NCBI GenBank assembly: GCA_905331295.1
Contig: CAJNYD010000262.1
Span: 1 to 39,668 of the forward strand
From: Rotaria socialis
Taxonomy: Eukaryota
Length of the DNA: 39,668 nucleotides
Reading direction: 5' to 3'
Each line of letters begins with the position of its first letter. Within the stretch, counting starts at the first letter, position 1. Below are positions 7,184 to 21,738 of the stretch, piece by piece. A model generated the notes under the pieces. It had not been told where the DNA came from. It made no database searches and saw nothing but the letters and a program-made list of their open reading frames with translations. The position numbers were made by a program, and so were the translations under genes.

Positions 7184-9999
7184 TTCACAAAATTCAATGC
7201 TTCGTAACTTGTAAAGTTCGAACTTTACAAATTCTTCTAAATTTACGAATCTTTTCCAATTACTACATGTTCTATTAAAATAATATGTACAACAAGTTTA
7301 TTCATAAGATTCCAATCTATTTTGAATTACTTTCTTTTCATATTGTTCTAATAGATGAACTTACCGACATAGATAAGAAAATAGATTTATTTAAGAGCAA
7401 TATTTTACTTATCATGTCAAACTTATTATATCCAATTGACATTATCATTAAGAAAGTTGATGATTAGGAAATGAATCATACTAATTTTATCAAATTTATT
7501 TATGCAAGTTGAGTTAGCAGATGTTCTGGATTTTTTTCAAAAAAACATTTATTCCATTCATTTAATCAGATACGATGTGACAAGTTCTGTCGAGTGATGT
7601 AAATTTGATGAAATTGAGAATGAATATTTTTTAAAAGAAAAATCTATTCCAATATATCATAGTTATATTTTTTGCGGAGATTCATCAAATAGTTTCTAAT
7701 TTACTATGACTTTGCTGCCAAAGAATAGAGAAATCAGTGGCCAAACAAAAATTACGTCGAATTACAAGATAGACAGTCTGTAATTATCGATTATATAATT
7801 ATATACTATATTCTTATGTCTCCATGATGATATGAAGCATTTACTACTGTTTGTGAAAATTGTGAGCTATAATGTTACTCCTTGTAAGAATGAGACGGCA
7901 TCTGACTGCTTCGTGTTTTTTCTTTAGTTTTTAGTTCTTTTTGTTTTTATTCATATCCATTTGAACAAGATTTTTTTTTCGTCCATTTTTTCAAATTGCA
8001 GTTCACAACATATCTTATGAAAAACAACAATGTCATATGATTCGTTTGATGTTCAAAGACTGCAACATTAAAAGGCATTCATCAACTGGTAGTTAAATTT
8101 TTCCTATCAGTTCATACATTATCAGGTACTTGAATAAATTTTCAAGTGCTTGTTTTTAGATATGTGGATTATTATCGAAGTAGCTCAAATCTAGGATAAT
8201 CTAGAAGTCGTGTACAAATAATTCGAAGCACAGTTGACTTTTTCTTTAGTATATCTTGAGATTTTCAGTTTTTGTTTTATTTATTCCACTATAGTATATA
8301 GAATTACTATAATCATATATGAATGTCTCGCTTTTAAATTAGTTCTATCTCATTTTATTGATTGAACGAGCACGGTTGCAGTTAAGACTAAATCCAATCT
8401 GAAGGGTGTGGGTGGTTTTTTCCTCTATAGCTGATAACTTAAAGTTGAAAGTGTTTAATGAAGCATCATTTAGATGACTATCATTAGCTCTATATCTAGC
8501 AATAGTGTTACAATTTCAAATAGATATAATTCAAATAAAATCGTTCATCAAAACGGAAGATAAAGTAGGTTTTATAAGCTAGTATTTAATCAAAAAGACA
8601 TATTTACCAAAAGGCAAACTATTTATTTTGATGAGCTGCCAACTTAAAAATTACTTTTTCGAACATCAACTAAGAAAACGTATCTGCTAAGATGTTTCAA
8701 ATCATTCAAGCTAGATTATTAGCGAAGTCACATATGCATGTATTGAATCCACAACGTGGTTTGATCATTAATTATAACTAAGTTAAAATATTATGAGAAT
8801 AGATTCTTAATGTCCTTACTCAATTATTAAAATCACAACGAAATAATTTCGAAAGAATAGTTTTGCGCTAAATTAAACTCACAAAACAATACAATACAAA
8901 TCAGCATGTAATTCTATACACTAATTTTTACTGTATGAAGAAATTAACAGTCTTCGTCTAAATTTTCAAGTTCGTGAATTATTACTACTAGCTATGTTTC
9001 ACAGTTATGTATTTGAACATTTACTAAAACGTTTATTACAAGTATAGATACTTCATAAAATGCAACTTCTTAGACTTGCAAAACGATGTTCAAAATCGTA
9101 TCAAGATGAGGCACAGAGAATGTACGAATGTCATACGTAAATAGGAAAAGGAAAACATTTTTTGCAATGTATCTCGATTGATTGGTATGCTACGTTGGAG
9201 GCATTTGTTCCCCATCGTACCTACTACGTTATATTTAATATATTTTCACAGTTACGAAAATAGCTTTCCTAAATTAAACGACTATTGAATTTTAGCCAGC
9301 TGCTTGCCTACTTTTGTACAGGTTTTCTACGTGTTTTTTTTCTGCTGAGATAATATTTCAGTAAAGCTAATCTATCAACTATTAATCGAAGCAGATAAGA
9401 ATGTCGAATTTTTCCCTAACCTCAATTATAATCAAGGCAACAACTTTCGTTTGAAAATAAGTGTCACAGGACCTGTTGTCTTGAATTATTGCAGTCGGAT
9501 TATCATTTCTCTAATGTCACATTTATCTTCATATTTCTTTATCTAAGCATTACTACTTAAAAAAAATATCGCTGCCTAGATTGACCTTCACATTATCTGC
9601 AAATATTTCATCTGATAAAGATTGATAATAATGAATGTTAACTTTAATTTTAACTAATTAACTATTGAATGACGCTTTTTCTTTGTTTTTGTAGTAGATA
9701 TTCATCAATTATGACCTTTACACAAATACAACAGATAGAGCATTGCGCAATAATAAAAAAAAGGAATTGTTCTATCAAAGAGAATGAAGAAGAAGAAAAC
9801 AACAACAACAGCAAACGATTGACAACATCAGCATAAAATAAGTGCAAGGAAATGATCTTACAAGGAAAAAACGTACTTCTCGAAAGATATAGGAGAAAAA
9901 AAGTGTTATAGAAAAAGAAGTCTTTTTTGACTTGATGTCTACTTTGAAATACAAATAAATAACCAAGAAAAGATCAATTCATTCAATAGTACAGCTTAG

Positions 10000-12223
<2,224 letters not shown>

Positions 12224-13392
12224 GTTTTCTCACGCTATCTGAATGATTGAATCGTTCAATGAAAGAACATTACATCTAGAATGAACAAAAGATAAGATGG
12301 AAGTAGAAACATGAATCATCATCAGTAAGTTTACCGGTGATATGATTATAAACAAAGAACGAGAAAAAAGCAGGCATAAATCTAATTCTATAGCTGTTGA
12401 TTTTTTTACTACATAAATATACTCATGTATGAATCACCATAATGAAAACATTAGTAGTTGATTTTGTACTATGAACTATTGGAGAAGCAAAGAATTATTT
12501 TTTATCTTTTAGAATAATGATTTAAGCAAAAAATAATTAGGTGAAGCAGATGTTTTTAGAAGAATATTTAAGAAAGAACTGGAAAACATTTCTAAACATC
12601 TACACATGAGAAAATGGATAGCATTGCATTCGCACAAACGTTTAATTTAAAACTTTCTTCGAAATATATGACTTACTTATTTATTCAAAACAAAAAATGA
12701 AAGATTCATTTTCTATAAGTACTAATCAAGAGAGAACATTACTTTATTTCTAAGAATAATTTTATCTGCTAAATAATTCAAAATAGCTAATCATGTATCT
12801 AATAAATAAAAACGGTGATGAAGACTACTTTATAAGAATTATTCATGAAAAAATATCGAAGAACTGATCTTGTCCTATACTGTTGATATTTGACAAAGCA
12901 TTGTCGAATGTCTGATGGATACATCTCTTTTGGTTTGAGTAAGAATAAAAACAGGTTCGATATTTCGAAACAAATTCTATATCAAGATTTACCTATGCAA
13001 TAGTTACTAAAGATACCGATTCTTTTGTAATAAATTAAGTAACTTGAGTTAATAAAACATTTAATTAGATGGAAGGCATTGCAAATAACTTTGATGATCA
13101 ACATAACAATAAAAATTTTATTTCAAACTTCTTTCGTCTGATTACCAGGATACATTTTACAGTTCGAAGGAAAAATTCATAACTCCATTAAAAACAACTA
13201 TATATATATTTATTTAAGTCTATCTATTTAACGGTTTTTTGTTTTCTTTGTCAAGTCTTATCAAAGTCAAACAAAAGAAAAAGATAATCCGGGCAAATAA
13301 AAGACTGAACATTTTCTGGTGTTTTTTTTATATTTATTTTCAAAAGATAAAAGAAAAAGATATTTGCAAAAATCGATCACTGTAAATAATTT

Positions 13393-14340
13393 TTAACCCA
13401 TCGCCGATGACATTGTCTTTTGTTGTTCTAGTTGATATTCAACAAACCCATCAAATAAACATGGCCATGCTTCATTATCATCGTAAGCTTGGTATCCATT
13501 TAATTCAATAAATTTAGCAAACTGTGGAAATATTGTCCAAGTATCACATGTGATTGTTTTTGGTATTTCATTGTTGATATCTTTTTCTAAATAGTTCAAC
13601 CATTGTTCAAGTATTTGAGGTTTTTTTATTCCTTTTGAATAAAATAAACGCCATAAACTAATAGCATTTTGTGTTGTTACACAGCGTTGTCCATCAATTA
13701 AACCATAATGATATGTCCAAGTATAAAATTCATCTTCAAATGGTAATATATCATAAATATATAATGATGTTCGAAGATCTAATAAATTATCGACATGATT
13801 TCCAAGTGTTTTGAGACCAAGAAGAAATTCATCTTTAGTTAATGAATACATTTGTTTAGCACGACATACGAAACAAAATAAAAGTACTTCATAACAATCC
13901 GGTTCTAAAGATAAATCATTACAAAGACGAAGAATACCTTCAACAGACATTATTTGATCATCATTAGAATAACGTTTAAATAATTCTAAACGATGATTAA
14001 TTAAGTTTGAAGTACAATTAGATGATGAAGATGTAAATAATGAGGACTGTTTTGTATCTGATGATGGCGAAAGAGTGGATGATAATGTTCCAGTTATTTT
14101 GGCGAGAAGTTCAGGAATTTTATGTAATGGCAAATCACGACGAGGCTCCAATGTTGTAGTTGTTGTATTCATTTGTCTGTATGAATGACGATATTGATTT
14201 GATTGTTGTTCGGATGCGTCTTGTTTAGCTTTTTTCTTAACGTGTTTTGTTGAAACGGATGAATAATTATAATTATTATTATTATTGTTATGTGACATCA
14301 ATCTTCTGTCTGAACGAGATTTTTCAATACACTGGCCCAT
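13393..14340 (-). CDS. DCUN1D3: DCN1-like protein 3 (cullin neddylation co-E3, PONY domain), 315 aa, single exon
   Basis: The first ATG, at 14340, gives MGQC, an N-myristoylation-type start as in DCUN1D3. Also present are EGILRLCNDLSLEP, DTWTIF and the C-terminal YDDNEAWPCLFDGFVEY matching the DCN1 AWP motif. Confidence 0.88.
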   Translation of the reverse strand: MGQCIEKSRSDRRLMSHNNNNNNYNYSSVSTKHVKKKAKQDASEQQSNQYRHSYRQMNTTTTTLEPRRDLPLHKIPELLAKITGTLSSTLSPSSDTKQSSLFTSSSSNCTSNLINHRLELFKRYSNDDQIMSVEGILRLCNDLSLEPDCYEVLLFCFVCRAKQMYSLTKDEFLLGLKTLGNHVDNLLDLRTSLYIYDILPFEDEFYTWTYHYGLIDGQRCVTTQNAISLWRLFYSKGIKKPQILEQWLNYLEKDINNEIPKTITCDTWTIFPQFAKFIELNGYQAYDDNEAWPCLFDGFVEYQLEQQKTMSSAMG

Positions 14341-14858
14341 GGACAACAAAACGACGACTAGAAGAAGAAAACAAATTTCAAAAATTTATTATTTTTTTCT
14401 CTAATAAATAAATAAATAATTTACATGAACAAACAATAAACAGCAATTTTTTGTCGCAATGCTGTGGGCATTCTATAATTGATTATAAAATAATGATCAA
14501 TAATCTTTCGAGAATATCTTCTGTTTTGTATTGTTTGCTTTGTTTAATATATATTGATTTTCTACTTGCTTCCTCGACTGCGTCTTGTCATCAGCAGACG
14601 TGCGCGCGCACGGACAAACAGACAGGCAGAATGTAGTTGCATTTTTATTGGATAATATTTCATCAATAAGATGTAGTGTTCTGCCATTAAAATTTTATTA
14701 TGTCCTCTGAAATTTTTCATATTGATCTATCATTGCTTATTTTTGTCAGCCAGTTAGATTAATTTTATGTTCGATAAAATAAAAGATTAATTCATGTTTT
14801 AACAAGCAATCTTTTTTCTTACTGAAATAATTGATAATTAAGAAAAGAAAGAAAGAAA
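14341..14858. promoter_or_regulatory. Putative bidirectional promoter between DCUN1D3-like and MRPL12
   Basis: The divergent start codons are separated by 518 bp. A perfect 14-bp GC palindrome CGTGCGCGCGCACG at 14599-14612 sits centrally in otherwise AT-rich DNA. Confidence 0.55.
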
Positions 14859-17332
14859 ATGTGTTCTCGTTTGATATTTCGATCAATTCAACATCCTGTA
14901 CCATTATTAATTTATAATCGTTTTCTATCTTTAACACAAGTTCACTCAACTGCTGCAACAAAATTAAAAGAAACACCTAGTACAAATCTTGAAACACTAT
15001 CAACAAAAACGAATATAGAAAAAGCAGATGAAACAAAAAAATCATCATCATCATCATCAGATAAAACAGTAAATTCTTCAGCTACAAATGTTTCTGATCT
15101 AACTAAAGTGTATTCGGAAAAACTTCATCGAATTGTTGATGAAATAAGTACATTGTCGTTGGTTGAAGTTATGGATTTGAATGAATTATTGAAAGTAAAT
15201 ATTTTAATTTAACGAGAAATTTCTGTCTCATAATTTGAAATTTAAAAAAATCCATTGTTTTCCCTTCTATTTTTCTATAGAAAACGCTCAAGATACAAGA
15301 CGTGCCGATTGTGGCATCGGGAGGAGGCAGTGCTATACTATCACCAGCTGCATCGGTACGTCTGATTCTTTCTATGAGCGAATTGCATTTTTATTGTACT
15401 CATTATGAGATCTAATATGAAACAAACAAATTGCCGTCGACGACAGCTGCCAAAGAATTGAGAGACAGAACTTCCTAATCTGTTGAGTAACAATTAGGAT
15501 TGATGTAATAATTCTTTGAGGGCTCTGACATCGACTGTTAGTTCTTTCATATATGAGTGTCAATGTGAAGCTATCTCTCAAACTAACTTTCACACTCATA
15601 CATTCATGTTCATCAGTTGTTTAATGAGAACAAATGGAAGATTAAAAAATATCGTAGATATTCTATTTTTTTAAATTTTAGTAGCTAAAAAATGATTGGG
15701 AATCCGAGTAGGAATCCTTATTCGCTCGTCGATGAACACTCATCGGATCCTCGTTTAAATAGCATCCGTTCTTTTTGCTTGATCGTTTTCGAAATCTTTC
15801 AAAAAAAGCAGATGATGTATTGATATTAAATATACAGCGGGAAGATGCCACTAGAAGACTTTTAAAGTCAATTAAATCTTGTGGCTTAAGTTCGGTAGAA
15901 TCGTTTTTCAACGCAAATCTTAGCCAACGATGAACAGTAATGCAACTGATTGAACTGTAATGTTCAGTTTAAAATAGAAAAGTCAATAGTAATTGACAGT
16001 GACGATGCCTCTGAGCATAGCGACACTAATGTATAAAAGAAGTTACAAAAGTGAATAGATACAATTATAATTCAAAACTGTAGACTGTATTTGTTGATAT
16101 TCTATTATTAGAATTGGAAAATATTCAATGAAGTCAAGGTATTCTATAATGAGAGAGTTTGAAATACGGTCACATACAATTTTAATAATAGGATTTTACA
16201 AAGATTGAAGCATAAAATATAGACTTTGATTCACTGCCCACTGAGTCTCACTATTTTATATCTGAATTGTAGGTGTACGTCGACTATGTCTATACATTAT
16301 GAGCAGAACTGAAAAATTAAAGATGTTAATTTATGGATTTAAGAAGAATCAATGGGAATTACTTGCTGTGAGGGAAACTTTCTAAAGCAGAAATTTCTGA
16401 ATCACACAGTAGTCATTGATAGATTTTTCATGAATTTTTTTAAAACGTTATAAGCGTAGTAAAAATGAAAAATGGAAGCGAAATCTATCAAAATATCAAT
16501 TAAATCTAACATGCTTTTTTACTGATGTTCATGAAGTTACAATTCTGAGATAAGTTACTAAGAAATATAATGAATCATTATTTTGTTCTGTTTACAATAT
16601 TACACTTGAAAACTTTACATAGGTGTCTAGAAATGTAACACTATCATATTGATCATCTCAGAGATCCTTCTGTCCTAGTCGCTCTTAGAGCTTTTCTTAC
16701 TGAGTACTTTTACTAAAGAACTGAATTAGCTACCTCAAATCATTATTTAGATTTGAATGAAATTATTGATATTGTCGAAAATATGAGTCGTACGATATGG
16801 CATCAGCCTTATATCAATTAGATTCGCAATGTTGTTTAATACGTGATCGACAAATAAAAACTCATGTGAATTGTTGACACAGAAATTAAAATAAGAGAAG
16901 AAGGACAATAGAGAAATTAGTCTTTATGTCTCAATCGTACAAAAACAGTTCGCAATTCACTTGTATATCAATTGTTCGTGTACAATAGTTTTCTTATTGA
17001 TTTCAGAAAAAGGAAGAAGAAGACGAAGACATAAGTGCACGACCTACATCTCAATCTGTATTTAAAGTACGTTTAATTAAATTTGATGATACAAAGAAAG
17101 TACCGGTTATCAAACAAGTAAAAGATGTTGTTGAAAACATTAATCTTGTTCAAGTAAGTGTTTCTTTTTTATTTGTTCACATTCTATTTGTAGTCATCGA
17201 TTTGATTGTCTTTAGGCAAAAAAATTGGTTGAATCAATTCCTCAAGTTCTACGAGATAATCTAAGTAAAGTAGATGCTGAAACCATGAAAGCTAAAATTG
17301 AAGCAGCTGGCGGTGTATGTGTCATTGAATAA
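14859..17332 (+). CDS. MRPL12: Mitochondrial ribosomal protein bL12m (L7/L12), 224 aa
   Basis: Exons 14859-15194, 15281-15355, 17007-17153 and 17216-17332 (675 nt). Arg/Ser-rich presequence; IVDEISTLSLVEVMDLNELLKKTLKI; KKVPVIKQVK; NLVQAKKLVESIPQVLRDNLSKVDAETMKAKIEAAGGVCVIE. Confidence 0.95.
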
Positions 17333-17629
17333 AAATACTGAAGAAAGATTTTACTTTCAACTAGTCCAATCGTTATATTCTCTTGTTGATGTTTTGTTAT
17401 CATGTTTTTCTTTGCTGTTCTTTTTTTTTTGTATAAAAAAAAAGTTTGCTATCGTTTATCAACTTTTTCTTCCTTATCTTCTACGAAGAATTACTCAATC
17501 GTAAACATAGAAAATAACATTCGAACTGATCTTATTTTCACCGTTTTTCTTTTTTTGTTCGATATTATATATTGTGGCCGTTACCAACCAAAAAGAAATA
17601 CTTTTTCATTCGTTTCGTAGGAGTTCTAG

Positions 17630-20600
17630 ATGGAAGCTGAGATAACAGAAACTGCACGACATGCGCAGAATTTGCAAAATTTCGTTGATCAACAACATCG
17701 AAAGTTATTGGAAGATCGACCGAAAAAGGCGTCGGGTAAGGGAAATACGATAGAATTTTAAAAGTCAAAACAATTCATTAGAGTAAATAATTAATCAAGA
17801 TTAAAAGTATTACCTTAAGGAAACCAAATTACTGCTGATTACTTTTTCAGTAAAAAAAACTATTCATATTTTAACTGTTTAGACAATGAAATAATTAAGA
17901 GAATTTTATTTCAAAACATATATTTAATCTATGCAAGAATATTTAACACATCGTGACAGATTCTAAAGGATTGAAAGAAAAATATGATTTACTTCTGTTG
18001 AAGTTACTCTTGTTTGGAAATCGAAACTAATTAAAATCATCAAGAATATATTGAGGAGAATAAATTCATAATTGTATATAACTGATCCTAATAAAGTCTT
18101 AAAGTTAATTTTTTCCGTTTTCCTTTCGAAGATGATTTAAATTTCTCTGTGGTTTTACAAGAGTCATTTTGTTTTGACGTAATTTAAAATAGAATTCGAC
18201 AAGTTCAGTTTTAATGTCGGTCTGTTAAATATGATCTCTCATCTGGATCAGTAGTTCAGTATTTGTCAAAGCGATGCTAGGCATTGATCAAAATGTTTCA
18301 CTAAGGTTGTTTCAAAAGTAATCGTGATAGGATTTAATGTTTTCAGCTCGTTTTGTTAGTTATTTGATTTTAACTTCAAATTGAAAATCGATCAATATCC
18401 AATTTAAATAGACTTTAATCTTCGATAGAAAAATAGAAAGTCATTTGTAACTGGAACACGATCAGTATTTTTCATTTTTATTTATATCTTTTCAGGAATA
18501 TATCGTGCTACAGCTGAAGCTTTATCAAATGAGTTCGATGGTGACATTTCAAAAGTGATTGATTATATTCAAGTAAAACTTGATTGGCCACTTTCACACA
18601 GGCGGTTACTTCTTCATGAAGTGCAAAGTAATGCAAGCGATAATCAGGATAAGCTTGATCATATCGCTAATTTCGTATTTGATCCAACAATAAATATAAA
18701 ACGAAACCGTCGTTTTGGGACGTTCATTCCAACCGTCTCTCCAGTCGAACGACTATATGGTACTGGTGTTTGTGCTATATTTCATCTTCAAACCGCATTC
18801 TTTCTTGTGAATTTATTGACAATGATCATTTGGATTGCGCTAATTATAATTCCATATAATATTTTAAAACCTTCAGCAACATCTTTAAATGTTACACTTT
18901 CATTTTCATCAATATTTACAACAGAAGGTTATTTATCTCAATCAATTCTGTTTCAAGGCTCTTATCCTAAAGGAATAATCAATGAGAAATATAATTTATC
19001 GCTTATATATTTTGTAACGACATATTTCTATTTTTTTATTTGGTTTGTTTTTATTACAATACGTTTTTCAACAACATATAAGCGAAAAGTGTTTAATTCA
19101 ATATTACATACAAAACTTGGCATTGGATTTACGGGTACATTTGCACGATACAATTATACAATTCGATCATCAAACCAAAAACAAAAACATACGGAAGCTT
19201 TACAAAGGCAATTTTTGGATTTAATTGAAAACGATGAAACAATTGATAGAATTCTTTTGAAAAAATTTGAAACATCTCAATATAAATTTAAAATAGTAAT
19301 AACAAATTTATTTTACATTCTATTAGCTATTGCATTAGGTAAACAAAGAAAAGAAAGCCAATTTGAATAAATAATTTTTCTTTCGTTTTCGATCTTAAAG
19401 GTGGACTCAACTGGCTAATTTTATCTTTCTGTGATAAACCAACGATTGATTGCAGTGGATCAATTATTTATTTAGCTTTAATCAATCGATTAATACCATA
19501 TGTTATTGTTCTTCTTACGCAAATTGAACAATACAAATATTTATCATATAAATTAAATGTTGTAGGGTTTAGGTTAGTATTTTAAAATATTTTAAAACAA
19601 AAGAAAAAAATTGAAAATACTAATATTTCAACTTTAATGATCTATTTAAAATGTTAGTGATGAAAATTGTTTGTTTGAAAATAGTTTTGTGCACTTAAAT
19701 AGGTCTAGTATTTTATTTTTGCCATCTTATATTAGTAAAACTGACTAATTAATATTAGTCAGTCTCTTATTTAACTACAGCTCGAGTAAACTTAAAGCAA
19801 ATATAGCAGTGAAATACTCTGCAGTTTTAAGTCGATGATACCAAAATGACATCATTCCGAATTTGAACAGGGTTCCAAAAAGGAGAAGCTAGAAGAAAAT
19901 ACTAGTTGTCAACTAAATAAATAAAACGAACAAGAGATACAGAATTCTTTCATTTTTCTTCAAATGTGACACGAATAAACTCTATAACCATTTTCTCTAG
20001 ATCGGAATCTACTTTCAGAATCAGTATAATCGACGCTAGTTTCAGTACATATTTACACAGTGGTGCCCAAATTCACTAGGAATAAAATAGTTGCACAGAA
20101 GGAAAACAATTAAGGATGACAAGAATGATATCATGTTGTTTCTACATATCTAAATATAGTTGTCATTTCGATTTGAAGTTCAGAGATTTTTTCGAATTTA
20201 TTTCTATAGTTTCATCGTAGATCATATATTTGTAATTTAGATGCGTCTTTTTAAACATCTGTACGATCCTATCGTTTACCATACATTTTTTTACTAATAC
20301 TCCTTCATGCTATGAAACAGCTTATGGACAATATATCTATATTCTACTATTAGCAGGTAAATATTTAAAATCCTCTTATAAAAAAACAAATATCAAACAT
20401 TTCTTATAGATATGTTTGCATCATTAATCTTTCCAATTTGTTTTGGTATTATCATTGATTTAATACCGAATAAAACAAATCGTAATTTTGATGGGATTAA
20501 TCTTCATGTTCAATTAAGTCCACCTGTATTACTCTACAGTCAATTATTAATATGGTTTGGAATATATTTTTCTCCTCTTTTATCGATAATGGTCTTATTA

Positions 20601-21234
20601 AATATCATGTTTTCATTTATTTCTCATCGTTTATATATTTATATTCATTCTCGTCGTTCAGATTCCTATCGACGTGTATTCATTTGGAATGGTGATCATC
20701 TTGAATATTTAATATATTTACTAGCTTGTCTTATATTAATTTTAAGTGTAACATGTTTCGTCGTGTTTACAACAGTAGTTAAACCAAGTGAAAATTGCGG
20801 ACCGTTTCGTCAGCTAAGTGCTGCATACCAAGTGATTGAGTTTTTTTTAAATGAACATCAAACATCTGTTTTATGGATATCAATAATTAATTTTATAACA
20901 TCACCTGGTTTTATTTATTTTCTTATTGCTACGTTCATTGTTATTGCCTATAAATTACGACATGAAGAATTAGCTGAAAAACAAGTAATATAAAAATAAT
21001 ACCCTTCTACTTTTTATTCTTTCATAAAATGTTGATCTGTTTGTTTGATATTTTTTTTAGCTTGTATTCATACGGGACAGTAATCTTGCAAATAAAAAAA
21101 AATTGAGAGAAAATGCAGTGAAAAAATTAAGTCCACAACAAAAGAAGAAGAAGAACACGAAAGAGGAAAAAAACAAAACTATTCCAAGAACATCAGCTGC
21201 GGATGAAGACATTATCGATATCGAACGAATTTAA
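17630..21234 (+). CDS. Transmembrane channel-like (TMC family) protein, divergent, 661 aa
   Basis: Exons 17630-17735, 18496-19338, 19401-19572, 20241-20356, 20410-20984 and 21061-21234 (1986 nt, in phase). TMC motifs: ERLYGTGV, SILFQGSY, CYETAYGQ (CWET signature variant), YSQLLIWFGIYFSPLL and PSENCGPF, with multiple hydrophobic helices. Confidence 0.88.
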
Positions 21235-21667
21235 AACATTATTTTCTTGATACATTTGTTTTTTCATCCAAATATATATATACATATACTGCTTTTGAAG
21301 CGTTGTATTTAACAATTTAATACATCTATTTTCAATTTTTTTTCTATGATAAACTTTTGCACGTTGGTTCGTATATTAATAAACAAATTTTCAATTTAAA
21401 AATAAATCTATGTTTCTTTTATTATTAGAAAATACTCCTAATTATAAACTTATACTTGCTTTCAAAGCAATTTTGATAAGTGTAATGTAATGACGTAGAA
21501 ATTTTTCTATTCCAGATTACGAGCATAATCGCTTACATTATTCTCTACGATTAAATATGATATTTTACAATAGCTACAGGATAAGTTTTACTAGCTTTAT
21601 TTCTTTTCAAAAAATTTACCATTTGATTTCCTATGATATCATACACATGTGTCTCCGCTAGAACTAC

Positions 21668-21738
21668 TAGTGGTATTCGATTTTCTTGAGGGTGTGGGTG
21701 TTGTTATCTCTCTTCACACCCACACCCACACCCACCCT
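21668..21738. repeat. Short inverted pair of TGTGGG/CCCACA telomere-like repeats (dispersed repeat remnant)
   Basis: TTGAGGGTGTGGGTGT at 21686-21701 faces (CACACC)x3 at 21715-21732. The 16-mer is the exact reverse complement of 2563-2578, and a partial copy occurs at 8403-8414. Confidence 0.65.

Noticed and set aside
7200..9990. Short ORFs and possible ncRNA downstream of MKK4
   Set aside because: AT-rich low-complexity frames with no motifs; no tRNA, snRNA or spliced-leader signature was seen.
13393..14349. ORF-track start MLSMGQ for DCUN1D3
   Set aside because: The track start is a non-ATG codon; the ATG at 14340 gives the family-typical MGQC start.
15678..15911. 77-aa minus-strand ORF in MRPL12 intron 2 as a nested gene
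   Set aside because: Non-ATG start, no motif and no supporting exon structure.
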